Source: Octopus sinensis (Eukaryota). From it: a DNA stretch of 64,000 nucleotides. The stretch covers positions 105,028,001 to 105,092,000 of the forward strand of contig NC_042998.1 of NCBI RefSeq assembly GCF_006345805.1, written 5' to 3'. The notes below the pieces were generated by a model that ran no database searches, had not been told where the DNA came from, and saw nothing but the letters and a program-made list of their open reading frames with translations. Made by a program: the position numbers and the translations under genes. This document shows, piece after piece, positions 24,947 through 37,998 of this stretch; the stretch's first letter is position 1; every line of letters begins with the position of its first letter.

Positions 24947-26269
24947 GACTCAGAGAATTAACAGTAACATCACAAAGCTCTTTATTTAACTTGTAGTAAA
25001 TTATTTCGCAAAAAACACTCAAAGAAATTTCAGACTAAGAATACTTTGTAGACCTTTTTATTTTCCTTCTTTTAAGGATATATTTTTAGTTTGATATTCA
25101 AATTCCAAACATAAGCAAGTTCACATCTGTAAAAATTTGTACATAAATTCAAATCTTTTGAATCTCATTTTAATTTCTGCTTAAACTAATCCTTATCCCA
25201 ACCCAGAATTGTAATCCTAAGCAATACTACGAAACCCTAATGTTAAATGCTAACCCTCAGCTCTTAGCTTAAAACTTAACTCAAGATTTTCTAATCCTTA
25301 TTTTATCCCTAAAATCTAAACTACAATGCTACTCCTATTATTAAATCTTAACCCCAACCCCCAATGCTAGCCCTAATTTTTGTGTGGAATCATGATCTCC
25401 TATGTTTGAAGTAAATACTCCAAGGAAAAAATCAAGAACATTAAATTAGTTACTGTACATGACTTTAAAAGTAAGTAGAATGAAAAAGAGATAAGCAATT
25501 GCAATTTTTAAAAACTTTTTATTTGCAGAATTGGAATGTCTGGTTACAACACTAAAGGAGATAAGGTACTAAGTGATAGCGATTTCCCCTTTGGAAACCT
25601 GTCTTTCTAACTTTGAGATAGATGAATGAGTGATAATAATTTTGGAAATAATACAAAAGAAATTAACACGGTACACCATTTCAATATTGACTTGAAATGT
25701 CGTCTTTGCAAAAAGAAAAGTGAATTGACTAAGTATTTAGCAGATAATTTCTTTATCATCTACCCATAAATGGAAAAAAGGAATACTTCGGTTATTTTCC
25801 GATAATTTTGGTTTAAATGTTGTCAAATACCTGTCAATAGATTTGTGACTGTGTGTATGTGTGCGTTAGAGAGAGAGAGAGAGAGTGAGAAAGAGAGACA
25901 GACATACAGAGAAAGAGAGAGAAAAAGAGAGCAAGAGAAAGACATTGAAAGTGTGCATAGTTGTATCCCTGAATGGCTGCTGTATTAACGTTGTCATCCC
26001 AATGCTACTCCATATTTGTCGCTTACACAACTCTGTTCTCCTCTTCCCTGATATCAACCACACTCACTATGCCACCACTTACACTCTTGCACCCTTCTCA
26101 TTTTATCAAAAAATATCCCCCCTACCTAAGGGGCCCATCATAGATTTTTATTGAAATCCAGTTAGCCTATAAATGAACTGGATGTTAGTTTAACATGTAT
26201 GCCAAGTTTTGTCAAGATTGGTTCACTGGTGTAGGCAGCAAAATAGATAGACAGAAATTGCCATTTATG

Positions 26270-26510
26270 TATAAGATATATATGTGTGTGTATGTGTGTC
26301 TTTGTGTCTGCGTTTATCCCCCACCACCATCGCCACTTGACAACTGATGTTGGTTTGTTTATGTCCCTGAAACTTAGCAGTTTGGAGAAAAGAGCTTAAT
26401 AAAATAAATACCAAGCTTTGAAACAATAAGTATTGATGTCGATTCATTCAACTAAAAGTTCCTGAAGGTGGTGTTCCAGCATGACTGCAGTTTAATGACT
26501 GAAAGAGAGG
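26270..26510 (+). mobile_element. SINE family A, 3' half
   Basis: Family alignment. Confidence 0.75.
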
Positions 26511-26949
26511 AAATTGAAAAAAAAGCTATTCCTAACCGGGTGAATGACCCTTAGTAGAAGGAACTTATTATCTCATTTTATTCATGATACGTTACAGCCA
26601 CAATGAAAGCATAGGAACTAAAACTATTCAACCAAGTGATTGTCAACATGTCCACTCAGATATAACAATTTTTTTCTGCTTGCATAGACAAGGAAATGGA
26701 TTTACTTTAACCAGAAAATGAATGAACTGACAACTATTCATATACATGAAGCATATATGCTCAAATTATAGTTATGGGACAATAACTTCAAACGAACCCA
26801 TATTCATTGCAGCTGTCTATCTTTTTCTTTCTCTCTCTATCTATCTCCCTCCCTCCATCTCCCTTCTTCTTAAGCTGTTTAACTTCCTTAGATACAGTTC
26901 CTGACAAAACATTTATATTTTGGACAAGCCATTCTGTACATGTTTTATA

Positions 26950-28676
26950 CCTGCTTCTCTGTTTATGCCAGGCATTTCGGTCTTGTGTCATCTTACCTGA
27001 AAGGTTGAGCATCCTGAGGTTTTTTGATGTCTTCCTGGGTTTCCCACTTCCATATGTTCCATCCACTTTGAGAGATCAGCACTTCTTTATGGAGCTGTTA
27101 GCAGCTATGACCATACCAGCACAATCTTCTGTCTTGCACACAGCAACCAATTTCTCTTATGTCTAACTTCTATCTCAGACAACTACGAGAGGCGTTCAAT
27201 AAGTAATGCCCCTGACCCACTTCCCATAGAAGTAGAGCAACGACACTTGGCACAGTTATTAGTCTTTTTCTACATAGGAACTACCCAGAGTTATGCATTT
27301 CTCCCATCGTTTGATACAGCTCTGGAGACCGTTTTTGTAGAAGACCCCAGCTTGGTCCTCCAACCACGACGTGACTTCAGAAATCAAGGCTGCATCATCT
27401 GGGAAACGCTTTCCTTTCAAAATCAACTTCATGGCTGGGAAGAGGTGAAAATCAGAGGGTGCGAGGAGAGGAGTTCATAGCCTGTGCTTCTGATCTGGCG
27501 ACACGCGAGTTGTGGACCGGAGCGTTGTCCTGCAGGAGGAGGATGCCTTTGCTGATCTTGCCCCGCCTCTTGATTTTGATAGCTTCTCTTAATTTCCTCA
27601 AAAGTGAAGCATAATAGGCTCCTGTAATTGTGGTACCCTTTGCCAGGAAATCTGTCATCACTACTCCGTCCTGGTCCCAGAAGACTGTGAGCATAACCTT
27701 GTCAGCGGAGGGCTGCACCCTTGCCTTCTTTGGAGGAGGTGAGTCACGGTGCTTTCACTGCATTGACTGGGCTTTGGTCTATGGATCATAGTGATGGACC
27801 CAGGTTTTATCCTGTGTGATCAGTCTTTTGAAAAATTTTGACTCATCTTCTTGGCACATCTCCAAATTCATCCTCGAGCACTCAACGCGTTCTTCCTTCT
27901 GGAAAGGTGTGAGCAACCTGGAAATCCATCTGGCAGACACCTTTTGCATATGAAAATAGTCATGAATGATAGTTTCCACAGACCCGGTACTAATCTTGAC
28001 CTTATGGGCTATTTGGCGAATAGTTATGCATTGACCTTCCAAAATGGCAGCCTCAACATGACGGACAGACGTCTCATCAACGGCAGAAGGGGGCGACCAG
28101 ATCTGGGAGCTGTTTCCACAGAGTTCCGACTATCTTTGAATTCACAATGCCAGCGTTTTACAAGGTCATATGATGGGGCATCATCACCATAAGTTACTTT
28201 CATTTCATCAAATGTGTGCGTCCTTTCAAATACAAAAACCGGATCACTGCTCGACACTCAACAGGTTCCATTTCACACTTGACTCAGTTCAAACACCTGT
28301 AAATCAGAAACCACAATTAGTTCAGAGCTGTAATTCGCCACTTAATCTATAGAGGTATAAATAAGTGCACATGCAAAATTTCAGCTAGATCAAACAATTG
28401 CAAGTGGGTCAGGGGCATTACTTATTGAACGTCCCTCGTAGTAGTCTGTTGAACGGGTACACTTACATAACACATCATCTAGCAGAGTATACTAACCTCA
28501 TTTATCTCTAACTTTGCATGTCCTCTGCATTCAAAGCCCACATCTCATTCCCATGTTTTATAGAATTGATGTCCATATACATGCATCTTACATGATTCTC
28601 TCAAATGCCCTAGTGACTCATTAGAAGTAGTAGATAATTTCTGCTACCTAGCAGACCAAATTAGTCTCAGAGAGAG

Positions 28677-28721
<45 letters not shown>

Positions 28722-29240
28722 CATAACCAACAGATGTAACAGTTCTCTGAATTTCCTCTATCCTATTATTCCAGCTACCATACTCTCCATGCATCCTTCC
28801 TCATGACTAATTTGGTCCCCTAGGTAGCAAGAATTATTTACAATGAGCCACCAGAGCATTTGAGAGAATCAATTTCCCAAATCTCTTAAGTTTTAATGGA
28901 TCCTGTGCATTTTCCACATACAAACACTACCTTCTCTGATAACTTTCCTATTAACCCACTGCACCTCTTGTGTCCATAGCTTACACTGGGTACACAGTAT
29001 GGAGATCCTGCCTACACCTTTCCTATACATCCTGAAAGGGGTAGAGTCCTGTTGTTTTGTGTATACTAAGACCTTTGTCTTTGCTAAGTTAACCATAAGG
29101 CTCTTAGATTCCAGGTTTTGCTTCCACACCTGGAATTTCTCTTCTAGCTCTGATATGGAATCTGCTAAGAGGGCAAAATTAGCATATAGTAGTTCCCAGG
29201 GGTTGTTGGTCTTGAAATCGAAATTATGGTCAGAATCTCA
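26950..29240 (-). mobile_element. Degenerate RTE LINE (RT C-terminus to ORF end), interrupted by a mariner
   Basis: PWELLYAN-FALLADSISELEEKFQVWKQNLESK..VNLAKTKVL...CYLGDQIS...KFRELL...CVQDRRLCWYGH...GKPRKT. Confidence 0.85.
27186..28438 (-). mobile_element. Full-length mariner (DD34D-type) transposon with pseudogenised transposase
   Basis: About 37-bp TIRs CGAGRGRCGTTCAATAAGTAATGCCCCTGACCCACTT; TA duplication at 27184-5 and 28439-40; ORF fragments KVSARWISRLLT, ITQDKTWVHHYDPETK, LLQDNAPVH, LAPSDFHLF; frameshifts and loss of the HPPYSPD motif. Confidence 0.95.
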
Positions 29241-29630
29241 ATCAAATCAAAATCAAATGGAAATTGTAGCTCTGGCCGATGTCAATGCCACCTGACTGGC
29301 TCCCATGCTGGTGATATACAATAAGCACCATTCATTCATGGGTCATTCATACTGGTAGCATGTACAGAGCACCATCCTAATGGGTTCGATGCCAGCCCCC
29401 ACCATCCTGACAGGCTCTTGTGCATGTGCCATGTAAAAAGTACCCACTACACTCTCAGAGTGGTTGGTGTTAGGAAGAGCATCCAGCTGTAGAAACCTTG
29501 CTAGATCAGATTGGAGACTGGTGCAGCTTCCTGGCTTGCCAGTCCCCAGTCAAACCGTCCAACCCATGCCAGCATGGAAAACAGACGTTAAACGATGATA
29601 ATGATAATGATAATGATGATGATGATGTTG
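29241..29630 (+). mobile_element. RTE 3' UTR with (GAT)n tail
   Basis: AAATCAAAATCAAATGGAAATTGTAG...GTGGTTGGTGTTAGGAAG...GACGTTAAACGATGAT. Confidence 0.8.
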
Positions 29631-29854
29631 ATGAATTATTAACTGCCCAATCTCCACTTTCTTTTTCTTCTTTTATATGAATATATACTATATGATTTTA
29701 TATATACACCTATTAATTTAAGGAAATCAGTTCCCTCAAAATATTAGGTATTGAACCAATATTTCCTTAGATGACACCATCCCTTCATGAGACTAACATA
29801 ACCTCTAATTGAATTTTATATGTATATGTGTGTGCGTGCGTGTATACAAATGCA

Positions 29855-29903
<49 letters not shown>

Positions 29904-29907
29904 CTAT

Positions 29908-29963
<56 letters not shown>

Positions 29964-29976
29964 GTGTGTGTGTGTA

Positions 29977-30012
<36 letters not shown>
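29855..30012. repeat. (ATCT)n / (TG)n / (TA)n compound microsatellite
   Basis: Direct run. Confidence 0.95.
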
Positions 30013-30017
<5 letters not shown>

Positions 30018-30018
<1 letters not shown>

Positions 30019-30225
30019 ATCAATCCAAACATGAACAAGCAAGAAAAAACAACAACGCGAGGATGTGGAATAAGTACAGTGTTATTGGACACCCAGGAAA
30101 GAAAAGAAAAGAGAGGATTTCATGCTTCAAGTGGAGCTCTTCATCAGAAATATAGAAAAAGTCCAAAGAAGGGAAGACGGGGAAAGAAAATCGCCAACGA
30201 TACACACACGGTCACATATTGAAAT
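30018..30225 (-). mobile_element. Short Penelope-like repeat with degenerate hammerhead
   Basis: Aligns with 46088-46285; minus strand TTT CTGATGA AGAGC..., distal part decayed. Confidence 0.55.
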
Positions 30226-30897
30226 GACCAGAAGGGAATGGGTGAAGAAAAAGTTCTTTCTAAGACAGGAGAGTGCAAGAGGAGGTATGTGTGTGTATGT
30301 GTGGGTATGTGCATGCACGCAGGTCTGTGTGTGTGTGTGTGCATAATGCTAGCACATGGTTGTGCATGTGTGTGTGTGTATGTGTATGTGGTTGTGGTTG
30401 TTTATGTGGTTGGACTAATGTAGCTTAAGGTCATAGGAAGAATTCATAGTAAGAATTTTGGTAGGAGAGGCTGAATGTTGTGTGCCTACCTACACGTGTG
30501 CATAGGAGAATGGTCAATAGAAAGGTGTTTAATTGGTAGTTTAAAATAAGTGTGTGATTTTTGTGTAGTGTGTGTCTGTGTGTGTGTACGTGTGGTTATG
30601 TGTGTAAGCATGAGGTTGTGTGGGGTGTTGTGTGATATATATATATATATTGTAAGAGAAGGTGAAATTCGTTTTTGGAATATTAGCATGTAAATATTTA
30701 CATATTCTTTATAGCAATATCTGATGTGCTTCAAGAACCATTATTTCAAAAAGGGAAAAGAAGATATAGTCATATCACATACTTAGAAACCATCCAGCCA
30801 TACACTTGCACATTTCCACCAACTTGATGATATGTATATGAAATGATGCATTGTTGCTCATATCAATTGCCACATCAGTCTATAGATAGATAGATAA

Positions 30898-30933
<36 letters not shown>

Positions 30934-31371
30934 TTAGATTGATATATACATACATACATACATACATATATATATATATGCACACATATATTCATCTTTA
31001 TATGTATATATATTTCTATCTATCTATCTATATATATATGTATATATATGCATATATGTGTGTATGTGTGTGTATATCTATGTATGTACATACACACACA
31101 CACATACACATACACAGAGAAAAACAAGGACTTGCCTTGTTTGAAGTCAGTTTGAAAAGCACCATTCAGGAAAATTACATAGAACAGTTTAGTGGAAGAA
31201 ACAGAATGAGCTGAATTCAATACATGAGTATATATGTGTATTTCTTTTATTATCTTTAACTGGAAGATTGTTACACAAGTGTCTCAAAGGCCATCAGTTT
31301 CATGCATTCCATTTATCAAACAGACTTCAAACCTCTGAGCATGTATTGTTCCTGAGTTTATGTATATTTAT

Positions 31372-31700
31372 CATCATCATCATCACCATTGCTTAACGTC
31401 CGTTTTCCATGCTAGCATAGGTTGGACGATTTGACTGAGGTCTGGCGAATCAGATGGCTGCACCAGCTGAATGCCCTTCCTAATGCCAACCACTCAAAGA
31501 GTGTAGTGGGTGCTTTTACGTGCCACTAGCACGAGGGCCAGTCAAGCGGTACTGGCAACAGCCACGCTCAAATGGTGCATTTTATGTGCCACCTGCACAG
31601 GAGCCAGTCCAGTGGCACTGGCAATGCCCTCGCTCAAATGTTTTTTCATGTGCTACCAGCACAGGTGCCAGTAAGGTGATGCAGGTAACAATCACACTCA
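31372..31700 (-). mobile_element. RTE 3' UTR and tail with tandem subunits
   Basis: Family alignment. Confidence 0.8.
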
Positions 31701-31709
31701 GATCTATTT

Positions 31710-31925
31710 ATTCTTTTTTACTTTTACTTGTTTCAGTTATTTGTCTGCAGCTATGCTGGAGCACTGGCTTTAGTTGAACAAATCGTCCCTGGGACTTATT
31801 CTTTGTAAGCCTAGTACTTATTCTATTGGTCTGTTTTTCAGAAACACTAAGTTACAGAGACATAAATACACCAACATCGGTTGTCAAGCGAAGGTGGGGG
31901 GATAAATACAGACACACAAATACAT
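31710..31925 (-). mobile_element. SINE family A, 3' half
   Basis: Reverse complement of 32135-32350. Confidence 0.8.
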
Positions 31926-31937
31926 ACATACATAAGG

Positions 31938-32350
31938 CATAGGAGTGGCTGTGTGGTAAGTAGCTTGCTTACCAACCACATGGTTCCGGGTTCAGTCCCA
32001 CTGCGTGGCATCTTGGGCAAGTGTCTTCTGCTATATCCCCAGGCCGACCAATGCCTTGTGAATGGATCTGGTAGACGGAAACTGAAAGAAGCCTGGCGTA
32101 TATATGTATATATATATATATGCGTGTGTGGGTGTGTGTTTGTGTGTCTGTGTTTGTTCTCCTGGCATTGCTTGACAACCGATGCTGGTGTGTTTATGTC
32201 CCCGTTACTTAGCGGTTCGGCAAAAGAGACCGATAGAATAAGTACTGGGCTTACAAAGGAATAAGTCCCGGGGTCGAGTTGCTCGATTAAAGCGGTGCTC
32301 CAGCATGGCCGCAGTTAAATGACTGAAATAAGTAAAATAGTAAAAGAGAG
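31938..32350 (+). mobile_element. SINE family A, full length, CpG-rich (young-looking)
   Basis: Family alignment. Confidence 0.9.
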
Positions 32351-32354
32351 TATA

Positions 32355-32635
32355 TAAAAGCACCATCTAAACATGGTCGATGCCAGCCCTCTCTGGCTCC
32401 TGTACTGGTGGCATGTAAAAGCACCATCCAAATGTGGTCGATGCCACCCCCCTCTGGCCTCTGTGCTGGTAGCCTGTAAAAAACACCCACTACACTCTCG
32501 GAGTGGTTGGCGTTAGGAAGGGCATCCAGCTGTAGAAACACTGCCAGATCAGATTTGAGCCTAGTGCAGCCTCCTGGCTTCCTAGACCCCGAGTTGAACT
32601 GTCCAACCTATGCCAGCATGGAAAACGGACGTTAA

Positions 32636-32665
<30 letters not shown>
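32355..32665 (+). mobile_element. RTE 3' UTR with (GAT)n tail
   Basis: Three AAAAGCACC units, then GAGTGGTTGGCGTTAGGAAGGGCATCC. Confidence 0.8.
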
Positions 32666-32667
<2 letters not shown>

Positions 32668-32684
32668 ATATATGTATATATAGG

Positions 32685-32800
32685 ACGGGGTTCTTTCAGT
32701 TCCCATCTACCAAATCCATTCACAAGGCCTTGGTTAGTATGAAGCTATTGCAGAAGACACTTGCCCAAGGTGCCACTCAGTGAGACTGAACCCAGAACCA
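32685..32800 (-). mobile_element. SINE family A, 5' part
   Basis: Family alignment. Confidence 0.75.
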
Positions 32801-32995
32801 TGTATGTATATATAAATATAATTTGTTTATTATATATACATATATATAGATATAGATTAGCTGTAGGTTAGTTAAAATATGTTTGTGATATATTTTAACT
32901 TCTAAAGGCAAATTTACAGCAGTTACCATGGAGAAAAGAATTCTTTGTTATGGTAAAAGGTGTAAAAATATGTCTACCCTCTAGTTGATTTCCAG

Positions 32996-33100
32996 ATGCG
33001 TGTTTCTGGCTCTTTAGCCTTCCTCCATGGGAAATACCAAAGAGAGATAACCCTGGGGAGTTTGAAAGCCATGGCTTTAACCAAAAATCTATCAACATCG
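32996..33100 (+). CDS. Candidate 105-nt internal exon (ACFWLFSLPPWEIPKRDNPGEFESHGFNQKSINI, or MRVSGSLAFLHGKYQREITLGSLKAMALTKNLSTS)
   Basis: gttgatttccag acceptor, ATCG|gtgagt donor, length 3n, two open frames, unique sequence. Confidence 0.4.
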
Positions 33101-33299
33101 GTGAGTTGCATTAGTGATTAAAAACAGCTGCATAAGCAACAAGCAGTAATTAAGTATCACTTCGTTGAATTATATTTTTTACATATTTTAAATTCCATAG
33201 GTAAATTCACAACAGTTACTGTATGGTAAAACAAAATTTCCACTGACCAGTGGCTCTTTAACCTCCCACGATGGGAAATACCTAATCACTGCTTGGCAC

Positions 33300-33302
33300 T
33301 GC

Positions 33303-33344
<42 letters not shown>

Positions 33345-33413
33345 CAGTATGTATATATATATATATATGCAAGTATGTATGTGTGTACATGTATGTGTGT
33401 GTACGTGTGTGTG

Positions 33414-33474
<61 letters not shown>

Positions 33475-33475
33475 G

Positions 33476-33527
<52 letters not shown>

Positions 33528-33625
33528 TACATACATACATATATATATTTATGCATGCATACATGAATGTATGTATGTATGTACGCATGTATGTATGTAT
33601 GTATGTATATATGTATGTATGTGTG
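33300..33625. repeat. Compound (TA)n/(TG)n/(ATGT)n microsatellite
   Basis: Direct run. Confidence 0.95.
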
Positions 33626-34351
33626 CATGTATCCCATGCTGGTTTAGTGCTACTTAAAAATCAAATCTTCATGAGACAATGCTAGAAGATAGAAGAAATG
33701 ATAACAGATCTCTTTCGTATTTCTTTCTTCCTTTTATTGATTTATCTCTGAACATCTAAAGACTGACTGTTTAAATATTTAACCAGATGATTGTAAACGC
33801 TGTGTTTGTTATTCTGCATTGTATTTGTTCACCAACTACTTCTATGTTTTGTAGTTGATGTTATTCTATTACATTATGATGGAAGCACAATACCTAATGT
33901 GCCAACTCTTAGCTGAAGCTTAAAATTTTCCTTTGTTGTCATAGTTGTTGTGGTTTAGCCCCAAATCAGTCCTGATTCAGCAGATCTATCAATCAGTGAT
34001 ATTCTAGCCATGAGCATTTGTTAACACATAGTATGCTTTAATCAGTGGTTTCTTGTTTTTAAGATGATACAGTGTGATCTGAGTGAAAACTCAGCAGCTA
34101 TTTCTTGGGTAAAACAACGTGTGAATGTATGTATCTGTGTACATTCTTTCCTGTTTTTAATCATTTAATTTCTTCCTTTAAAAAAGGATTTGATTTCTAA
34201 CAAGAAAATAAGAATATAAAGCTCTATCACTGCAATGTAGATAATGAAAACAATGTATGTATGTATGTATGTATGCATGTATGTATGTATGTATGTATGT
34301 ATGTATGTATGTATGTATGTATGTATGTATGTATGTATGTATGTGTGTGTA

Positions 34352-34384
<33 letters not shown>

Positions 34385-34394
34385 ATGTATGTAT

Positions 34395-34510
34395 GTCATT
34401 ATTCAGTTTATTTCAAGATTTCTTGCTAATAGACAAAGAACCAATTTCTAACCTAGATCCAAGACTTCTTAATTGGAATTTCAACATCAGCAACAGCGTA
34501 TTTTTGTTTG
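34395..34510 (-). mobile_element. Second copy of the 13085-13200 repeat within (ATGT)n
   Basis: Pairwise similarity. Confidence 0.7.
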
Positions 34511-34729
34511 TATGTATGTATGTATGTATGTATGTATGTATGTATTTATGTGTGTATGTACGTATGTATGTATGTATGTATGTATGTATGTATGTATGTA
34601 TGTATGTATGTATGTATGTATGTATGTATGTACGTATAATACAGTTCTATATTTAAGAGATGAGGAATTATGTACATTATTTACATTATTTACAATTGAT
34701 GGATATTTGTCCTCATCTTGTTTGTTGAT

Positions 34730-34775
34730 AACACAACGTTTTGGCTGATATACCCTCCAGCCTTCATCAGGTGTC
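34730..34775 (-). ncRNA. Minimal type I hammerhead with a single core mutation (G12>A), in a Penelope-like repeat (about 34640-34845)
   Basis: GACAC CTGATGA A GGCTG GAGGGTATAT CAGCC AAAA CGT T GTGTT. Confidence 0.6.
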
Positions 34776-35061
34776 TTGGGGAAATTTCGAACCTGGGTTC
34801 TCATTCCTAAGGTATTTTTCGATGTTGTTATTATTATTATTATTGTATGGTAAGCAACTCTTACCAGCCAAACTGTGAGATTGAACCTGAAGCAACATTT
34901 TTAATCATTGCCCATGCCTGAACTTGTGCAAACACACACACACACACACACAGAGGAGTCACAGTAGAATTGTGTTAGTGATCAGGTCATAGATATACAA
35001 TATTTTAATACTCTGTACAATATCATCAATGAAAGAAAGTGAAAGTAATATTGCATGTGTG

Positions 35062-35096
<35 letters not shown>

Positions 35097-37664
35097 AAGA
35101 GTGAATGTCAACATTGGCACTGAATGTGTGTGTGTTCTGTTGGTGCTACTTCGTGGTTACATTGACAATTTAAATGTTTATGGCATGCTTTTATACATTT
35201 TTATATTTATTATAACATATTTACGCTGTCATGTGCTTCATGCGTGTACATATATATATATATATTTAATATTATATTATATCATATATTAATTTGTAAT
35301 TAGTTGTGTAGAAAATATCCGGTTTTCTTCACATCTAGTAATGGAGGTATATTTGTCTGGTAATTTAACAGATGTGTGACAAGTAGAATAGCTGTTTTGT
35401 ATCATGTTGCTACCATTTAGAAGTTTATATTGGGAGGTTTAACTGAGAGATAGTGGAAAATCCATTAAATCATTAGACAAACATAGCAAATTTTGTGTGC
35501 CTATCATTTGTAAATTAGTTTATATATGAATCGAGAGAGAGAGAGAGAGGGATGGACAGACATAAAGGGAGGCATGCCTAATGAATAGTCAATAGTGTAT
35601 CAGCCAACCACATAAAGGATTCAGGAGATCATGTCATATCATTAGTGTTATAATGTTTCCATGATCAAGAGACTTATTCTTCTGTGTATGAGACTACCTA
35701 CTTCTAACACTGTTATTGTTCTGTTGACTGTAAATTAGCCCTGGTCCAGCAGATCTATGACCAAATGTATTCTAGCTATAAACATTCTCTTATTTGTTTC
35801 AGAGGTAGTTTTTAAAACTCTATTTTATTCAAAACATCCTTTCTTTTTAATCATTGGATATGATTTGAGGAAGCTTTGGTTGCTAATTCTGGCATGATGA
35901 ATAACCATGATGCACTAACTGACCCTGAGCAGCTGTAATTGTTAATATCAATGGTGTAGCTCAATGGTGCCTTGTTGTGTTGTGTTCAATACTTCTACCA
36001 CAGAATGCTCATTGAGTAAGACACAAACTAGTGTTTAGTACTGATCCTATAAATTTTGTTCTGAAAAACATTGATTTATGAGTTGTGCAGAACAAAGAAA
36101 ATTATATTTAACAATAGTCTTATTTAGATTTATACTGGTCACTAATTGACTATACGAGAAACAGTGTATACAATATGACGTTTCAATTTCAAGAAAGAAA
36201 AAACAAACATAAATAATACTATAAAGATGAAGCTACATATAAATTCAAAAGAGTAAATGTCACAATTAAACAAATAAACATAGCATTGTACAAAATCATA
36301 GATGATGCATACGCACATACTTAGTTCATACACATTCACACATGCAGTGACATACACAGACATATACACACATAAACATATCTACTCATACATACACAAC
36401 ATAGAGAACATTCTATGCATGCAGGCAATAGATACAAACTGATTTGATTAATGTGTCACTACATGTGAACTAATCTCCAGATAATTTTCAGGATATGTAT
36501 CCATTTTTATAAGTGACTCTACAGACAGTCCCGTGTAAGCATGCACACAGAGAAATCATATGTGAATAGAGTGTCAGAAGAAAGCCTACATACTGGCAGA
36601 AAAGTTCAGAATTATTGATAGAAACTGTTGGATATAAAGTGCTAGTATCTGAGTCCTTCGCTCAGTCATAGCTCTGCAAGTTGGTAAGTATGATCATCAA
36701 GACAGTCACTGTTCTGTTTGGTGCTCTCTGGTAGCCAATAAAAGCTAAATCTTAATACCTTCCATTGCTGGTTGTCTGACCTGTTGTCTGTTAATGCTAT
36801 GTATTGATACTTAATTGTTGATCTACCGACCACTGCTTCTTTGCTTGTGTGGCTACAATTGCCATGACAACTACCAGAAACAGTGATCTACTGATACTTC
36901 TGTTGGGGTACTGCATCTCTGGGTTGCATCTACTGGCTCTACCATATTTGCAGGGCTTACATAACGAACAACTTGTAGCAACGTGTGACCAGAGTTTCCC
37001 ATTAGTAGAGAATTGTAATTGGTATGAAGTGTAATGGATGTAGGCATGTATATTGGTGAAGTACATGCACTAGCTAATTAGTCGAAGAGGTAATGATATA
37101 GGCACATCTGCTGATGAAGTAGGTGCATATAATATAATGATTTCTATCGATTGTAATGTATTTGTTTCTTTGAGGTAATTGGGAATCAAATAGCATTTGC
37201 TTATGCATTTCTTTCTATATCTTACTGTATATCCAGATTTATATACCTTGTAGGTGAGATGTTATTGTGTTATCAAAAAAGATTCACCATCAAGAGATAG
37301 ATGTATGTTCAGAGGTTTTCTAGCTTTATCAATATATGCCATTTATTCTTCTCATTAGAAATATCCAGAGGGTCCTTTCAATTTTTAATACAGTACATGT
37401 GCAAACTGAGAGCGATTTGGCTGCTATCTCTAGAGGCTGAATGAATACCAAGAGCCTCCACCATTAACTCACAGAATGATGTTGTTCTGCTTGGCTCAGT
37501 GTTTATTGTAGCTTGATGCTCTTCCATCCCTATTTGATGATTGATAAAACTTGATTTATGTCAGTCAGGGAAATTGAAACAATTATGTATCTTCATTGTA
37601 CAATCACTATTCAATAGTGGCTTATATTTCTCCATTTATATTTTATAGTTTCATTGTGTAAAAT

Positions 37665-37845
37665 AGGCACAGGAGTAGCTGAGTGGTGAGAAGCTTGCTT
37701 CACAACCACATGGTTCTGGTTCAGTTCTGCTGTGTGGCACCTCGGGCAAGTGTCTTCTACTATAGCCTCGGGCCAACCAAAGCCTTGTGAGTGGATTTGG
37801 TAGATGGAAACTGAAAGAAGTTCAACGTATATATGTATATATATA

Positions 37846-37877
<32 letters not shown>

Positions 37878-37936
37878 CATCATCATCATCATCATCATCG
37901 TTTAGCGTCCGTTTTCCATGCTAGCATGTGTTGGAC

Positions 37937-37998
<62 letters not shown>

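Noticed and set aside
36491-36683. Coding exon ending at TTG|gtaagt
   Set aside because: All frames from plausible acceptors contain stops; it could be a non-coding exon but has no other support
36797-37130. ORFs 36797-37066 and 36849-37034
   Set aside because: No recognisable motif or convincing splice sites; nearby IIILYAPT suggests a LINE endonuclease relic
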